The notes: generated by a model not told the origin, from the letters alone. Counted from the first letter of the stretch, positions 50,542 to 60,898 are shown. The stretch: DNA of 64,000 nt from Sumerlaeia bacterium (GCA_040219255.1 JAVJSW010000037.1:188422-252421), one strand, 5' to 3'. Numbers and translations: made by a program.

Positions 50542-53379
50542 GTGCCCTTTCCCCCCCACCACCACTCCTTGCGGCTACTTTTCTTTTTCATCATATTTAT
50601 TGGCTTTGTAAAAGCGGCCCCCGCTCAGTTCACCGCGCCTCCCCCCGAAGACCTCATCTTCTATCAAATCTTCCTCGACCGCTTCGCCAATGGCGATCCC
50701 AGCAACGATAACGCCAACCCCCGCCATCAGTCCAACCCGTCTAGCCCCTTCAGCTTTCACGGCGGCGATCTCGAGGGCATCCGCCAAAAAATCCCCTACA
50801 TCCGCGGCATGGGCTTCAACGCCATCTGGATCACGCCCCATGTGGAGAACGTTTCCGACTACCATGGCTATGGCGCCTGGGACTTCACCAACGTCGATCC
50901 CAATTTCGGGACCCTGGCGAAGATGCAGCAACTCGTCGACGAAGCCAACGCCGCCGGAATCGCCGTCTATTACGACATGGTCGCCGGCCACATGGGCAAC
51001 CTGATCACATCGAGCGACGACGGCTATCCCAATTTCCTCCCGCCGCCAAACGAGTACCCACTACGCTGGCGCAATCCATTCCGGACTTTCCCTCCGCCCT
51101 TCGACTCCCTGGATCACTTCCACGCCCACGGCCACATTCAGAACTTCAATTTCCCCGAGCAGGAACTGGGCGAGCTTTCCGGCCTCGACGACCTGAAGAC
51201 CGACACGCAGTACGTGCGCGACGAAATGCTGAAAATCTGGGAGTTCTGGGTGCGCAACACCGGCGTGAGCGGCTTCCGCGTCGATACCGTCAAGCACGTC
51301 GACATCGGCTTCTGGGAGGACTTCCTGCCCCGCCTGCGCGCCGTCGCCCAGGACGAAGGCCGCGACAATTTCTACATGTTCGGCGAAGTCTTCGCCGGCG
51401 ACGACAACGTCATGCGCAACTACGTCGGAACCCTCACCACCGATGTCTACAAGTTCGATTCGACCATCGACTTTCCTTACTACTTCGCCGCCCGCGATGT
51501 CTTTGGCCGTGCCGATGTGGGCACCGATCGCTTCGCCAATCGGCTGGAGAATCGCCCGAATATCTATCCGGGTCATCATCTGGTGACGCCCAACTTCTTC
51601 GACAACCACGATGTGCCCCGCTTCCTCGCCGAGGCACTCAACGTACCCGGCACCGGTCTCGCCGAGCAGCACCGGCGCCTCGACCAAGCCCTGGTCGCGC
51701 TCTTCGTCTCGCCCGGCCCGCCCATCGTCTATTACGGCACCGAGCAGGCCTTCAACGGCGGCAACGACCCCAACAACCGGGAAGATATGTTCGACGGGTT
51801 GTTCGAGCAGGGCCCGTCTCTGGGCGACAATTTCGACGAATCGGCCCCGCACTATCGCCTGATCAAGCGCCTCGGGCAGTTGCGCGCCGAGCGCCCGTCC
51901 CTCCGCCGCGGCGATACCCTGATCTACCAGCGCAGTTTCACCCAACCCGGCGTCCTCGCCATCGCGCGGCGGTTTCAGGGCGAAGAGGTCCTCGCCGTTC
52001 TGAACACTGCCACATCCGAGAAGTTCACCGATCCCTACACGACCTCCTGGGCCGAGGGTCAGGAAATCGTCAACCTCTTGAATTCCAACGAACGGGCGAC
52101 TGTCGGCGCCGGCGGTGCGCTGCCCCAGCGGACCCTCGGTCCGCAAGCCGCCGAGGTCTGGCTCCGCGCCGAGGATTTGCCGCCCGTCGTGCCCGAAGTC
52201 GTCGGCATCACGCCCGCCGACGGCAGTGTGAACGTGGGCCTGCAATCCCAGATCGCGATCGAGTTCAGCGTTCCTATGAACCGCGAACCCTCCTTGCTCG
52301 CCGTAACGCTCGAACCCGTCTCCGCCTTCACGCCGGTGTGGAATCAGGAGTCCACGGAACTGACCCTTACCCCCATCGAGCCTCTACTGCCCCGCACCAC
52401 CTACGCCCTTACGGTTTCCACCGACGCCGTTTCCACCGGCGGATCACCCATCCTCTTTCCTGTCGCGGCGCGCTTCACAACGGGCCGGGACGTGGCCAAT
52501 TTCCCCGCCCTGCCGCCGTCCTATCCCACGATGGGACCCACCGCCAATCCGCCCACCGCCGATGGCGACGGCGGCGATTGGTTCGGCGGTGCCGCCCCGC
52601 CAAGCCTCGTTCCCGACTCGGGTCTCGTCACCGCCGAGGGCGTCTTCGTCTGGCGCGATGCGACCGGCGACGACGACGGCCCGGGCACCTACGTCTATCC
52701 TACCAACGAGGCCTTCAGCGGCATGGAAGCCGACATCGAGGAAGTCCGCGTCGCCTTCGACCATGACTTCCTCTACCTCTACCTGCGGCCAGTGGGCGTG
52801 AATCCGGACGCGAATTTCTTCACAGCCTATTTTGGCTTTGCACTGGACTATCAGGCCGAAGGGTTGAAGAGCAGTCTTGGCGTCAACCAGTCAAATCTCG
52901 CCACCGGCATCGCCGAACTGCTGGTTCATCCCGACGCCGCCCCAGATGCGGAAGTCACCGTCACCGGGCCCATCGGCATCGTGGCTGCCACGCCGGATGG
53001 CCAGGAAATCGACGCGGTGGAGGGCTTCGGCCTGAACGAAGACACCGGCGAAGTCGAGATCGTCCTCTCCCGGTCGGCCCTTGGCTGGCCCGGCCGGCTG
53101 CGCGCTTTTCCGCTAAACCTGATCGTCTATACTGGCCTTGAAGTCTTTGGTGGCATGCGGGAAATCGAGGAGTTCGAAGGCAACTTCACCCCCGGCGGCG
53201 GCAGTTCGTCCACCTTCGATCCCGACGTCTTCGACCTCGCCGGAGGCACCCGTCAGGCTCAGCTTGCGGACCTCGGCGATTACAGCGACGACCTGCCAGC
53301 CATTGTTCTGCGCAGCATCATCCCGCTCGTGCTCGACGATGGTGACGAGACCGTCTCGTCCATATGGATGTTTTACTGA
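50542..53379 (+). CDS. Secreted GH13 alpha-amylase-family protein with an Ig-like (Big_5) domain and a glucodextranase-C-like domain
   Basis: GGAGG plus GTG at 50542 and a signal peptide; YQIFLDRFANGD, GGDLEG, FRVDTVKH, FGEV, FDNHD and YYGTEQ; P.DG...V....I.IEFS.PM; DATGDDDGPGTYVYPT. Confidence 0.9.
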   Translation: MPFPPHHHSLRLLFFFIIFIGFVKAAPAQFTAPPPEDLIFYQIFLDRFANGDPSNDNANPRHQSNPSSPFSFHGGDLEGIRQKIPYIRGMGFNAIWITPHVENVSDYHGYGAWDFTNVDPNFGTLAKMQQLVDEANAAGIAVYYDMVAGHMGNLITSSDDGYPNFLPPPNEYPLRWRNPFRTFPPPFDSLDHFHAHGHIQNFNFPEQELGELSGLDDLKTDTQYVRDEMLKIWEFWVRNTGVSGFRVDTVKHVDIGFWEDFLPRLRAVAQDEGRDNFYMFGEVFAGDDNVMRNYVGTLTTDVYKFDSTIDFPYYFAARDVFGRADVGTDRFANRLENRPNIYPGHHLVTPNFFDNHDVPRFLAEALNVPGTGLAEQHRRLDQALVALFVSPGPPIVYYGTEQAFNGGNDPNNREDMFDGLFEQGPSLGDNFDESAPHYRLIKRLGQLRAERPSLRRGDTLIYQRSFTQPGVLAIARRFQGEEVLAVLNTATSEKFTDPYTTSWAEGQEIVNLLNSNERATVGAGGALPQRTLGPQAAEVWLRAEDLPPVVPEVVGITPADGSVNVGLQSQIAIEFSVPMNREPSLLAVTLEPVSAFTPVWNQESTELTLTPIEPLLPRTTYALTVSTDAVSTGGSPILFPVAARFTTGRDVANFPALPPSYPTMGPTANPPTADGDGGDWFGGAAPPSLVPDSGLVTAEGVFVWRDATGDDDGPGTYVYPTNEAFSGMEADIEEVRVAFDHDFLYLYLRPVGVNPDANFFTAYFGFALDYQAEGLKSSLGVNQSNLATGIAELLVHPDAAPDAEVTVTGPIGIVAATPDGQEIDAVEGFGLNEDTGEVEIVLSRSALGWPGRLRAFPLNLIVYTGLEVFGGMREIEEFEGNFTPGGGSSSTFDPDVFDLAGGTRQAQLADLGDYSDDLPAIVLRSIIPLVLDDGDETVSSIWMFY

Positions 53380-55418
53380 GCGGCCCGGCGCCGGCATTCG
53401 GTCAGGCGCGCCAGCGCTTCCCGGTCGTTCGGGTTGAGAGCGAGAGCCGCCTCGAAATGCGGAATAGCCTCGGCGAACAGCCGCAGGTCCATCAGCACCA
53501 CGCCCTTGTTGAAGTGGCAGTCGGCGTTCTTGGGATCGAGGACGAGCGCCGCATCGTAAATCGCCAGCGCTTCCTTGGGCCGATTGTCTTTCACCAGCGC
53601 GTTGGCCAGGTTCACGTGCGCGGGCAGAGAGCCCGGGTCTCGCGCGATGGCTTCGCGATAGTAGCCGATGGCCTCGCCGTGGCGTCCCCGCTCCATCGCC
53701 ACCAGCCCCATTTCCATCCACGGCGCCGCGCCGCCGGGCGCCAGCTCCGCCGCCTCGCGCCACTGCTCCAGGGCCTTGTCCACGCGGCCGGATTGGGCCA
53801 GCGCCTTGCCGTAATTGACGCGCAGCAGCGGGTCCTCCGGCAGGCTCGGCAGCGCCGCCTCGAATTCCGCCGCCGCGTCCGCCGGGCGGTCGAGCTTCAG
53901 CAGCGCCGCGCCTTTGTTCAGCCGTGCCTCGACCCGCCGGGGCTCGATGCGAAAGGACTCTTCGAAGGACGCCAACGATTCCTCAACCCGCCCCGCTTCC
54001 ATCAGCGCCGTCCCCAGGTTGTAATTCGCCAGCGCGTCGTCCGGCCGCACGGCGACGGCTCGTTCGTAGTATTCGACCGCTTCCTCGTGGCGGCCCTGGC
54101 GTGCCATTTCCAGCCCCATGTTGTTCAGCGGCATCCAGGACTCGGGGTTCTTCTCCAGCGTGTCCGCCCACAATGTCTCCAGATTCGTGTACACGTGGGC
54201 GCGTTTCCAACTGACCACGGCGAGCAGCGCCGCGATCAGGAAGCCCGTCAGGAAGGCCTGTTGCCGGGGTACGAAACGCAGCAGCAGCGCCGCCGCCAAA
54301 ACGAACAACGCGAGGCTGGCGTGGTACTGGAAATGATCCGCCACAAAGGAAAACACGAACGGATAAACGTCCACGAATCCGAGCGCCGGAACCAGCGTTC
54401 CGCCGAACATCAGCACCGCCACCAGCGGCCCCCGTCCCCAAGCGGTCCGCTTCCACCACAGCAGCGCGATCAATGCCGCCGCCGCCAGGGGGAAGAGCCA
54501 TTGCAAAGGGCTCGCCGGGTCCAACTCCCAGCGAGGGTAGATAAAGCTCAGCGGCGCCGGCCAGACGATCTTGCCCAGGTAAAACCAGGGCGCCCGCCCC
54601 GCGATCAGGAACCGGTCCGCCACCGAAAAGTCGAAGTCCGCGCCCTCGGCCCCCACGTGCACCTTCTCCATCCAGATCGTGATCGCCGCCAGCCCCACGC
54701 CCAGCGCGAGCGCCGGCAGCGCCAACGCCCAATCCCGCCCCGCGGCGCGGCCCCGCCTCCAATAGACCAGCAGCAACAGCGCCGCCGGAAGCGAGCACGC
54801 CACGGTCTTGCTGAAAAGCGCCGCCAGATACAGCGCCAGGAACCCAGCGTAGCGTCCCGGTGAAAACTCCCGCTCTTCCCGCCCGCCCAGGCCAAAGAGC
54901 GGCAACGCCACCCAACCCGCCAGCAGGTAGAAAAACAGCGAGAGCACGTTCTTGCGCTCCGTGATCCAGGCCACCGACTCGACCGCCACCGGATGCGCCA
55001 GGAACAACGCCGCCGCCAGCAGCGCCCCCGCCACCCGCAGGCGCCTCAGCACCAGCCAGAGCAAGAACGCGTTCGCCCCGTGCAGCAGCGCGTTCACCAC
55101 GCGAAAGCCCACCGGGCTGCCATTGAAGAGGCGCCATTCCACCCAAAATGTCGTGTGGACCATGGGGTAATACTGCGGCGTTGCCCCGATTTCGAACCAG
55201 ATTTGCCCCAGCCCGCCGAGGCTCCGCAGCGTCATGTTCTGCGACACGTAATCGTCGTCGTCCCAGAGGAAATCCCCGCCGAGACTGGGCCAATAAATCA
55301 TCAACGCCAGCAGCAGAAAGGCCCCCAGCACCCAAGCCCCCATCGGCCCCGGCAGAGCGGCGCCCGAGCCATCGGCCTCAGCCGGTCGGTTCTTGGGTGA
55401 GCGAGTCCGGGGTGCCAT
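53373..55418 (-). CDS. TMTC-like GT-C membrane glycosyltransferase with C-terminal TPR repeats
   Basis: FLWDDDDYV, YYP, HPVAVESVAWITERKNVL, ALFSK, VADHFQY and LW..TL, followed by multiple TPRs. Confidence 0.85.
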   Translation of the reverse strand: MAPRTRSPKNRPAEADGSGAALPGPMGAWVLGAFLLLALMIYWPSLGGDFLWDDDDYVSQNMTLRSLGGLGQIWFEIGATPQYYPMVHTTFWVEWRLFNGSPVGFRVVNALLHGANAFLLWLVLRRLRVAGALLAAALFLAHPVAVESVAWITERKNVLSLFFYLLAGWVALPLFGLGGREEREFSPGRYAGFLALYLAALFSKTVACSLPAALLLLVYWRRGRAAGRDWALALPALALGVGLAAITIWMEKVHVGAEGADFDFSVADRFLIAGRAPWFYLGKIVWPAPLSFIYPRWELDPASPLQWLFPLAAAALIALLWWKRTAWGRGPLVAVLMFGGTLVPALGFVDVYPFVFSFVADHFQYHASLALFVLAAALLLRFVPRQQAFLTGFLIAALLAVVSWKRAHVYTNLETLWADTLEKNPESWMPLNNMGLEMARQGRHEEAVEYYERAVAVRPDDALANYNLGTALMEAGRVEESLASFEESFRIEPRRVEARLNKGAALLKLDRPADAAAEFEAALPSLPEDPLLRVNYGKALAQSGRVDKALEQWREAAELAPGGAAPWMEMGLVAMERGRHGEAIGYYREAIARDPGSLPAHVNLANALVKDNRPKEALAIYDAALVLDPKNADCHFNKGVVLMDLRLFAEAIPHFEAALALNPNDREALARLTECRRRAAQ

Positions 55419-55508
55419 GGGAACCTCGTTCAGGGAATGAAACCGGAGCCTATCGGGACGGCGGAGCGGGACAATCCGAAAAGGGGGTGGGTGACTCTCA
55501 GGCAAGAA

Positions 55509-55812
55509 TGACCACAGAGTTCACAGAGGACAGAGTTTTCACAGAGGTTGAGCGAATGCGTTTGGAATTAGCCGACATTGTGTCTGCAACTGCATTGAGA
55601 TCAATGTAATAGGATCTGGGCCTGTGTTCTTTTATATTTTCTGCATGGGAAAGTGGGCCAAGTTGTCTCGTATTCTGGTATAGTAACAGAATACCTTGGG
55701 CGAAGAGCTCGTGTGATTTTGTCTCGGGTGATCAAGGAGGTACTTGCATCCTCGCTTTTCATTAACTCAAGTAATCACAATTATCTCCGCGACCTCTGTG
55801 GCTCTGTGGTGA
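55509..55812. repeat. Inverted-repeat-bounded intergenic element (CACAGAG-heptad family), copy 2
   Basis: Left arm CACAGAG at 55513, 55522 and 55540 (variant at 55529); right arm CTCCGCG/CTCTGTG/CTCTGTG at 55785, 55794 and 55802, ending GTGA; AT-rich core of about 240 bp. Confidence 0.8.
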
Positions 55813-55916
55813 ATAATCCATGGATCGCCAGCCCCGTCCGGCGTTGCATCCTGCGCGCTTTTCCCACAGAATCCGCCCCCTCGAATCCTACCCCTCCCCG
55901 AGAGCCACCTCCGCCC

Positions 55917-58900
55917 GTGAACCCATCCCGCCTACAGCTTCGTTTCGTCATCGGCCGCGCCGGTTCGGGTAAGACGGCGTATGTGCTGGACCGGGTGCGG
56001 CGATTGGCGGCGGAAGACCCGGATGGGCCGCCGCTGATTGTGCTGGTGCCGGAGCAGGCGACGTTCCTGACGGAGCAGGCGTTGCTTCAGGGCGGCGGGG
56101 GAGATCCCCTCGGGGCGACGATCCGCGCGCGCGTTTTCAGCTTCGAGCGCCTCGCCTCCTTCCTCTTTGCCCAAGTGCCGGTCTCGCCGCTGCCTCGCCT
56201 GAACGATGCGCACCGGTCCGCCCTGATGGCCAGCATCGTGGCGCGGCTGCGGCGGGCGAGCGACAAGGACCGGGGGCGCCTTGTCTTTGCCCGCGGGGTC
56301 GAGGAGCCGCTGATGCGCATGGTGTCGGAAATGAAGGAGCAGCGCATCGCTCCCCACGAACTGGAAGTCATCGCCCGCCGTCTGCGCGAGGCGGGCAATG
56401 GCGCCGTGGCGGCGAAGCTGGAGCAACTGGCGGCCGTGGCCGAGGTCTATCAAGAGGCGATCCGCGACCGGTTCCAGGACCCGGAGGAATCGCTGAGCCA
56501 ATTGCGCCACCTGATCCGGCGCGGGACGGTGTTACAGGGCGCGCGGCTTTTCGTCGATGGCTTCACGCACTTTACGCCGGTCGATCTGGAGGTTCTGCGG
56601 GGCTTGATTTCGCGCTGTACCGAGTCCGAAATCGCCCTCACGATGCCGCCGGAAGTCTTCGCCAAAATCCAGCAGGGCGGCGCGCCGAACGTTCATTCGC
56701 CCTTTTTCCCCATCGAGGAAATCGCCCAGCGGCTCCTTGCCATCGCGGCGGAGGAAAGCGTGCCTGTGGGCGAGCCGGTCGTGCTGCCGGAGAGCGGCCA
56801 GCACACCCGGTTCCGCGATGTGTCGCTCGGCCTGGTCGAGGCCGGGTTTCTGGCCGCCGGGCGGCGGCCAGAACCGCCGGGGCGCGATCCAGAGCCGGCG
56901 CTGCGCTTTCGCGTGGCGCGCAACCCGGACGATGAAACGCGGCTGGCGGCGGAGCAGCTTCTCGAATGGCGCGAGGCCGGGTGGAACTGGCGCGATATGG
57001 CCATCGTCGCCCGCGACCTGGGCGATTACGCGCAATCGCTGGAGCAGCGCCTCAAGAGCCTGCGCATCCCGTACTTTCTCGATCGCAACGAACCCCTGGA
57101 AACGCATCCGCTAATCCAGGGCCCATTGGCCGCGCTGGAGGCTGTGCAGAATGGATGGCGCAGCGAAGACGTGATGGCCTTCGCCAAGAGCGGTCTGCCC
57201 CGCGGCCCCGGCACCGACGCCGATCAGGTGGCGCGGCTTGAGGAATTCGCCGAAGCCTATCCGCGCCGCCGCGAGGACTGGCTGCAGCCCGACGATTGGG
57301 AGCAGCCGGGCGTTCGGTCGCCCTTCGAAGACGCCCTCGACCACGCCCGCTGGGCCCGCGCCGAGGACATCGAGACCGCCCGCCGCGCTATCGCCGATCC
57401 GCTCAAGCGCCTGGGAATCCGCCTGCGCAACGATTCCCAGGAACGCCAGATCGCCCTCCCCGCTTACGTCGGCGCGCTGATCGATTTGATCCGGGAGTTC
57501 TATCCGGACGGCCAATGGGAGGAAGAATCGCCGCACGACCAGGCCGTTCTGCGGGAGGTCGGCCAGCTCCTGAACAGCCTGATCGAGGCGGCGGGCGATG
57601 AACTGTTTCGATGGGAGACGGCGCTCGATTTGCTCCGCGAAACGCTGGGGAAAATCACTTTGCCGCGCATTCCCCCGGTGCTGAATCAGGTCACGGTGGG
57701 TTCGGCGGATCGATCGCGCTTTCCCGAATTGCGGGGCGTCGTCGTGATCGGGCTGGCGGAAGGCACCTTCCCCCAGCCCGGCACGAACGCCACGCTGCTG
57801 AGCGACCGCGACCGCGATGAAATCAACCGCCTGTCGGATTCGATCCAGTTCCGCCCCAGCACCAAGAAGGCGTTCCAAAACGAAGGCCACTTCGCTTATC
57901 GGGCCCTGACCCGGGCGGGCGAGCGCTTGACGCTGGTGCGGCCCTGCAATGGCGCCGATGGCGAGCCCATCCCGGCGTCGCCCTACTGGGCCGATTTGAT
58001 GTCGCTGTTTCGCCTCGGACCGGAAGCCGAGGAGCATGCCGCCGAGGACCTGTCCTGGGGCCGGGCCCAACGCTCCCGCGAAGCCGCCGCCGTTCTTTGC
58101 CGCGACGTCTTCAAGACCCGCGAGCGCGGCATCGTGCCGCCGCCGATGGAGCAACTCGACTTCCTGGACGGCCTGATGGGCGAGGACCGGCGCGAGTTTG
58201 AAACGGTGCTGGAAAGCGCCAGCGCGCGCAATGAGGCGCGACTCGACCCGGCCCTCGCCCGCGCGTTTCTGCAAGGCGGCCTCAGCACTAGCGTCTCCGC
58301 GCTGGAAGCCTTCGCCAAATGCCCGTTCCAGTACTTCATGCGATCCATGATCCGGCCCGAGGTGGCGCCGTCGGCCAACCTCTCGCGCGCCGACGTGGGC
58401 AATCTGGCCCATGCGGGGCTGAAGCAATTGATCGATGACCTGCGCGAGCAAGACCGCGATTTCGCCGCCCTGGAGGAGGGCGAAATCGAAGGCGCCGTCC
58501 GCGCGTCCTACGCCAAGCCGGTCGAGCGCATGCGCGGCTCGGGCCTGTTTTCCACCGCCACCGGCGAAGCCATCGCCACCCTGATTCGCCGCCAGGTCGA
58601 GGACGCCGTGCGCTTCGCCGCCGCTGCCGACCGCCAATTGAACGTGCGGACGCTCGCCGCAGAGACCGGCTTCGGGCGCGCCGACGGTCTGGAGTCGGTG
58701 GATTTGGACGTGACGCTGCCCGATGGCGAGGTCGTCCCGGTGCGGCTGCGCGGCCAGATCGACCGGATCGACCGCGCCGAGGGGCCGGACGGCCAGGGCT
58801 GGCTTTTCGTCATCGACTACAAGCTCAGCCAGCGCCAGCAGAACTGGGCGGAAGCCAGCGTCGGCGCCTCGCTGCAACTGCCGGTGTACCTGCTCGTCCT

Positions 58901-59393
58901 CGCCCGCAACCGCGAGCGGTTGACCGCCGAGGGGGGCGGGACGCCGCGCCTCGGCGGGGCGCTCTACCAGCCCATCGTCAGCCGCGAAAAAGACAATCGC
59001 GGCTACCGGGGAATCCTGGCGGCGGGGGCCCTTGGGTCGCTGGATTTCTTCGGCTCGGACATCAAGATCGTAACGCCTGGCAGTTGGCAGAAGGCGAACG
59101 AGAAGACGCCGTCTCAGGGGGATTCCCTCGGCGACCGCCAATTCGAGGCCCTTCTTCCAAAGGCCGCCGAGCGGATCCACAGCCACGTTCGCCGCATCGC
59201 GGAGGGTGAAATCGAGGTCCGGCCGCAATTCCACAAGAACGCCACGCCTTGCGGCTATTGCGCTTACAACGCCGCGTGCCGCCTCGATTACTCGATGAAC
59301 GAGCGCCGGAACCTGCCCGGCCTGAAACGCAACCAGGCCATCGACACCTGGCTCGGGCCGCCTCAGGGCGGGGGAGAAGCGGCCGGGGCGTAG
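55917..59393 (+). CDS. addB: ATP-dependent helicase/nuclease subunit B (AddB-like)
   Basis: GRAGSGKT, VPEQAT, SFERL, FVDGF, SVSALEAFAKCPFQYF, LRGQIDRID..IDYK, SLQLPVY and CGYCAYNAAC (four-Cys Fe-S staple); GTG start at 55917. Confidence 0.88.
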   Translation: MNPSRLQLRFVIGRAGSGKTAYVLDRVRRLAAEDPDGPPLIVLVPEQATFLTEQALLQGGGGDPLGATIRARVFSFERLASFLFAQVPVSPLPRLNDAHRSALMASIVARLRRASDKDRGRLVFARGVEEPLMRMVSEMKEQRIAPHELEVIARRLREAGNGAVAAKLEQLAAVAEVYQEAIRDRFQDPEESLSQLRHLIRRGTVLQGARLFVDGFTHFTPVDLEVLRGLISRCTESEIALTMPPEVFAKIQQGGAPNVHSPFFPIEEIAQRLLAIAAEESVPVGEPVVLPESGQHTRFRDVSLGLVEAGFLAAGRRPEPPGRDPEPALRFRVARNPDDETRLAAEQLLEWREAGWNWRDMAIVARDLGDYAQSLEQRLKSLRIPYFLDRNEPLETHPLIQGPLAALEAVQNGWRSEDVMAFAKSGLPRGPGTDADQVARLEEFAEAYPRRREDWLQPDDWEQPGVRSPFEDALDHARWARAEDIETARRAIADPLKRLGIRLRNDSQERQIALPAYVGALIDLIREFYPDGQWEEESPHDQAVLREVGQLLNSLIEAAGDELFRWETALDLLRETLGKITLPRIPPVLNQVTVGSADRSRFPELRGVVVIGLAEGTFPQPGTNATLLSDRDRDEINRLSDSIQFRPSTKKAFQNEGHFAYRALTRAGERLTLVRPCNGADGEPIPASPYWADLMSLFRLGPEAEEHAAEDLSWGRAQRSREAAAVLCRDVFKTRERGIVPPPMEQLDFLDGLMGEDRREFETVLESASARNEARLDPALARAFLQGGLSTSVSALEAFAKCPFQYFMRSMIRPEVAPSANLSRADVGNLAHAGLKQLIDDLREQDRDFAALEEGEIEGAVRASYAKPVERMRGSGLFSTATGEAIATLIRRQVEDAVRFAAAADRQLNVRTLAAETGFGRADGLESVDLDVTLPDGEVVPVRLRGQIDRIDRAEGPDGQGWLFVIDYKLSQRQQNWAEASVGASLQLPVYLLVLARNRERLTAEGGGTPRLGGALYQPIVSREKDNRGYRGILAAGALGSLDFFGSDIKIVTPGSWQKANEKTPSQGDSLGDRQFEALLPKAAERIHSHVRRIAEGEIEVRPQFHKNATPCGYCAYNAACRLDYSMNERRNLPGLKRNQAIDTWLGPPQGGGEAAGA

Positions 59394-60898
59394 AGCCGGT
59401 AAGTCCCAAAATCCGCGATCGGTTCCAGGCCCGCCGGAACGGCCACTCCTTGGCGTATTAGAACGCGACTCTTCGCGGCAGCGCCCTCAGCCTCGGGCTG
59501 CACACGCTCCGGAGCTGGCGTGTAGAACTGAAGCATCCAGAACTCCACCGAATGACCGCCGTCGGCGATGCCGAGGGCCTCGCCCTCGGGCTGCACGAAG
59601 CGGGCGAAGTCTTCGTCCTCCCGCATCGCCTCGCACAGCGCCCGCACCTCCGGATCGACCAGATGCGCGTGGCTCGTGCCCCATCGCGCCCACAGCAGCG
59701 ACGAACCCGCCAGAAACGCCAGCCAGAGTGCCACCGCCAGCCGCAGCGGCCGGCTCCCGCGCTCCCACAGCACCGCCCCCACGCCCCCCGCGAAGGGCAG
59801 CAGCAGCATCAGGTAGAACGCGGTGTAGCGCGCCCGGTTGTTCGAGCCGAGGCCGCTGAGCGCCGTGACGCTCATCGCCACCAGCCCCACGGCGCCCACG
59901 GCTATGGCCGCCGGCAGGACCCGCCGCCGTGCCTCGCTGCTCAACAACCCCAGCAGCACTCCAAACCCCGCCCAGGGCAGCCACGCGCCATGGTCGCGGA
60001 GGAGGGCTTCGGGATAAGCGAAGAACTTCCGCAGGGGGGAACTCATGTCGTAGTACAGATTCATCGACGTGTTCAGCTCGGAACCAGTGGCGAAGAACGC
60101 GACCGGTGATCCGAGGTTTCTCCAGTTGGAGCCGAGCCAGGCCAGCGGAAAGGCTGCCAGCAAAACGGCTCCTCCCAGAAAGCACGCCGCCGAGGCAAAC
60201 TTTCGGAGGCGAACTGAACGGATGGCCTCGAACAGAAGGAAGGGCCCCAGGACCATTCCGGCGAACCAGCCTTCGTAGCGAAAGGACTCTGCAAGACCAA
60301 GGAAGAGCGCCGCTCGCAGGTACGCCTTGGCCTTGCGTTTCCGGTCCTCGCACCAGAGTCCGGTCAGCGCCTGATCGAAGCTCGCCAGCAGCAAAGGAAA
60401 AAAAATCGCTTCGGCCAGCGGATTCATGGACGCGTGCAGCACGATGAAGTGCGTCCCCGCCAGCAGCCCCGCCACCACGCCCGCCGCGTTCGACGACCAG
60501 AGCCTTCGGCTTAGGCGCGCGCTGAGCCAAACCGTCGCCGCCGCTCCCGCCAGGCTCGTGATCGTGATGGCCGCGGCTACCGACCCCAGAACCCACCGCA
60601 GCGCCCCCAGCACCGCGAACTGGCCCGTCAGCCAGACGTGGTCGTGGGGCGCGAAGAAGGGGTCCAGGCTCCAGGTCAGCGCGTAGGCCGCCCGGGCGTA
60701 CTCGTCGCCGCCGAGGAAGAACCCGTTCTGCCAGCGATACAATCCCGCGAAGACCGCCAAGACACCCAGCACCCCCGCCAGCCCAACGCGCCATGGGCCC
60801 TCCGGCGGCTCCGCGCGCGCCTCGCCTTTCCGCGCCAAAGCCACGGCGATCGCGCCCAGAATGACGGCGGCGATGAATAAGGGCAGGCGGTTGCTCAT
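59363..60898 (-). CDS. Polytopic membrane protein, GT-C (GT39/ArnT-like) glycosyltransferase candidate
   Basis: GGDEYAR in the first loop, WL.G, LAEAIF, RYEGW and RY; many TMs; GAGG upstream of ATG at 60898. Confidence 0.7.
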   Translation of the reverse strand: MSNRLPLFIAAVILGAIAVALARKGEARAEPPEGPWRVGLAGVLGVLAVFAGLYRWQNGFFLGGDEYARAAYALTWSLDPFFAPHDHVWLTGQFAVLGALRWVLGSVAAAITITSLAGAAATVWLSARLSRRLWSSNAAGVVAGLLAGTHFIVLHASMNPLAEAIFFPLLLASFDQALTGLWCEDRKRKAKAYLRAALFLGLAESFRYEGWFAGMVLGPFLLFEAIRSVRLRKFASAACFLGGAVLLAAFPLAWLGSNWRNLGSPVAFFATGSELNTSMNLYYDMSSPLRKFFAYPEALLRDHGAWLPWAGFGVLLGLLSSEARRRVLPAAIAVGAVGLVAMSVTALSGLGSNNRARYTAFYLMLLLPFAGGVGAVLWERGSRPLRLAVALWLAFLAGSSLLWARWGTSHAHLVDPEVRALCEAMREDEDFARFVQPEGEALGIADGGHSVEFWMLQFYTPAPERVQPEAEGAAAKSRVLIRQGVAVPAGLEPIADFGTYRLYAPAASPPP

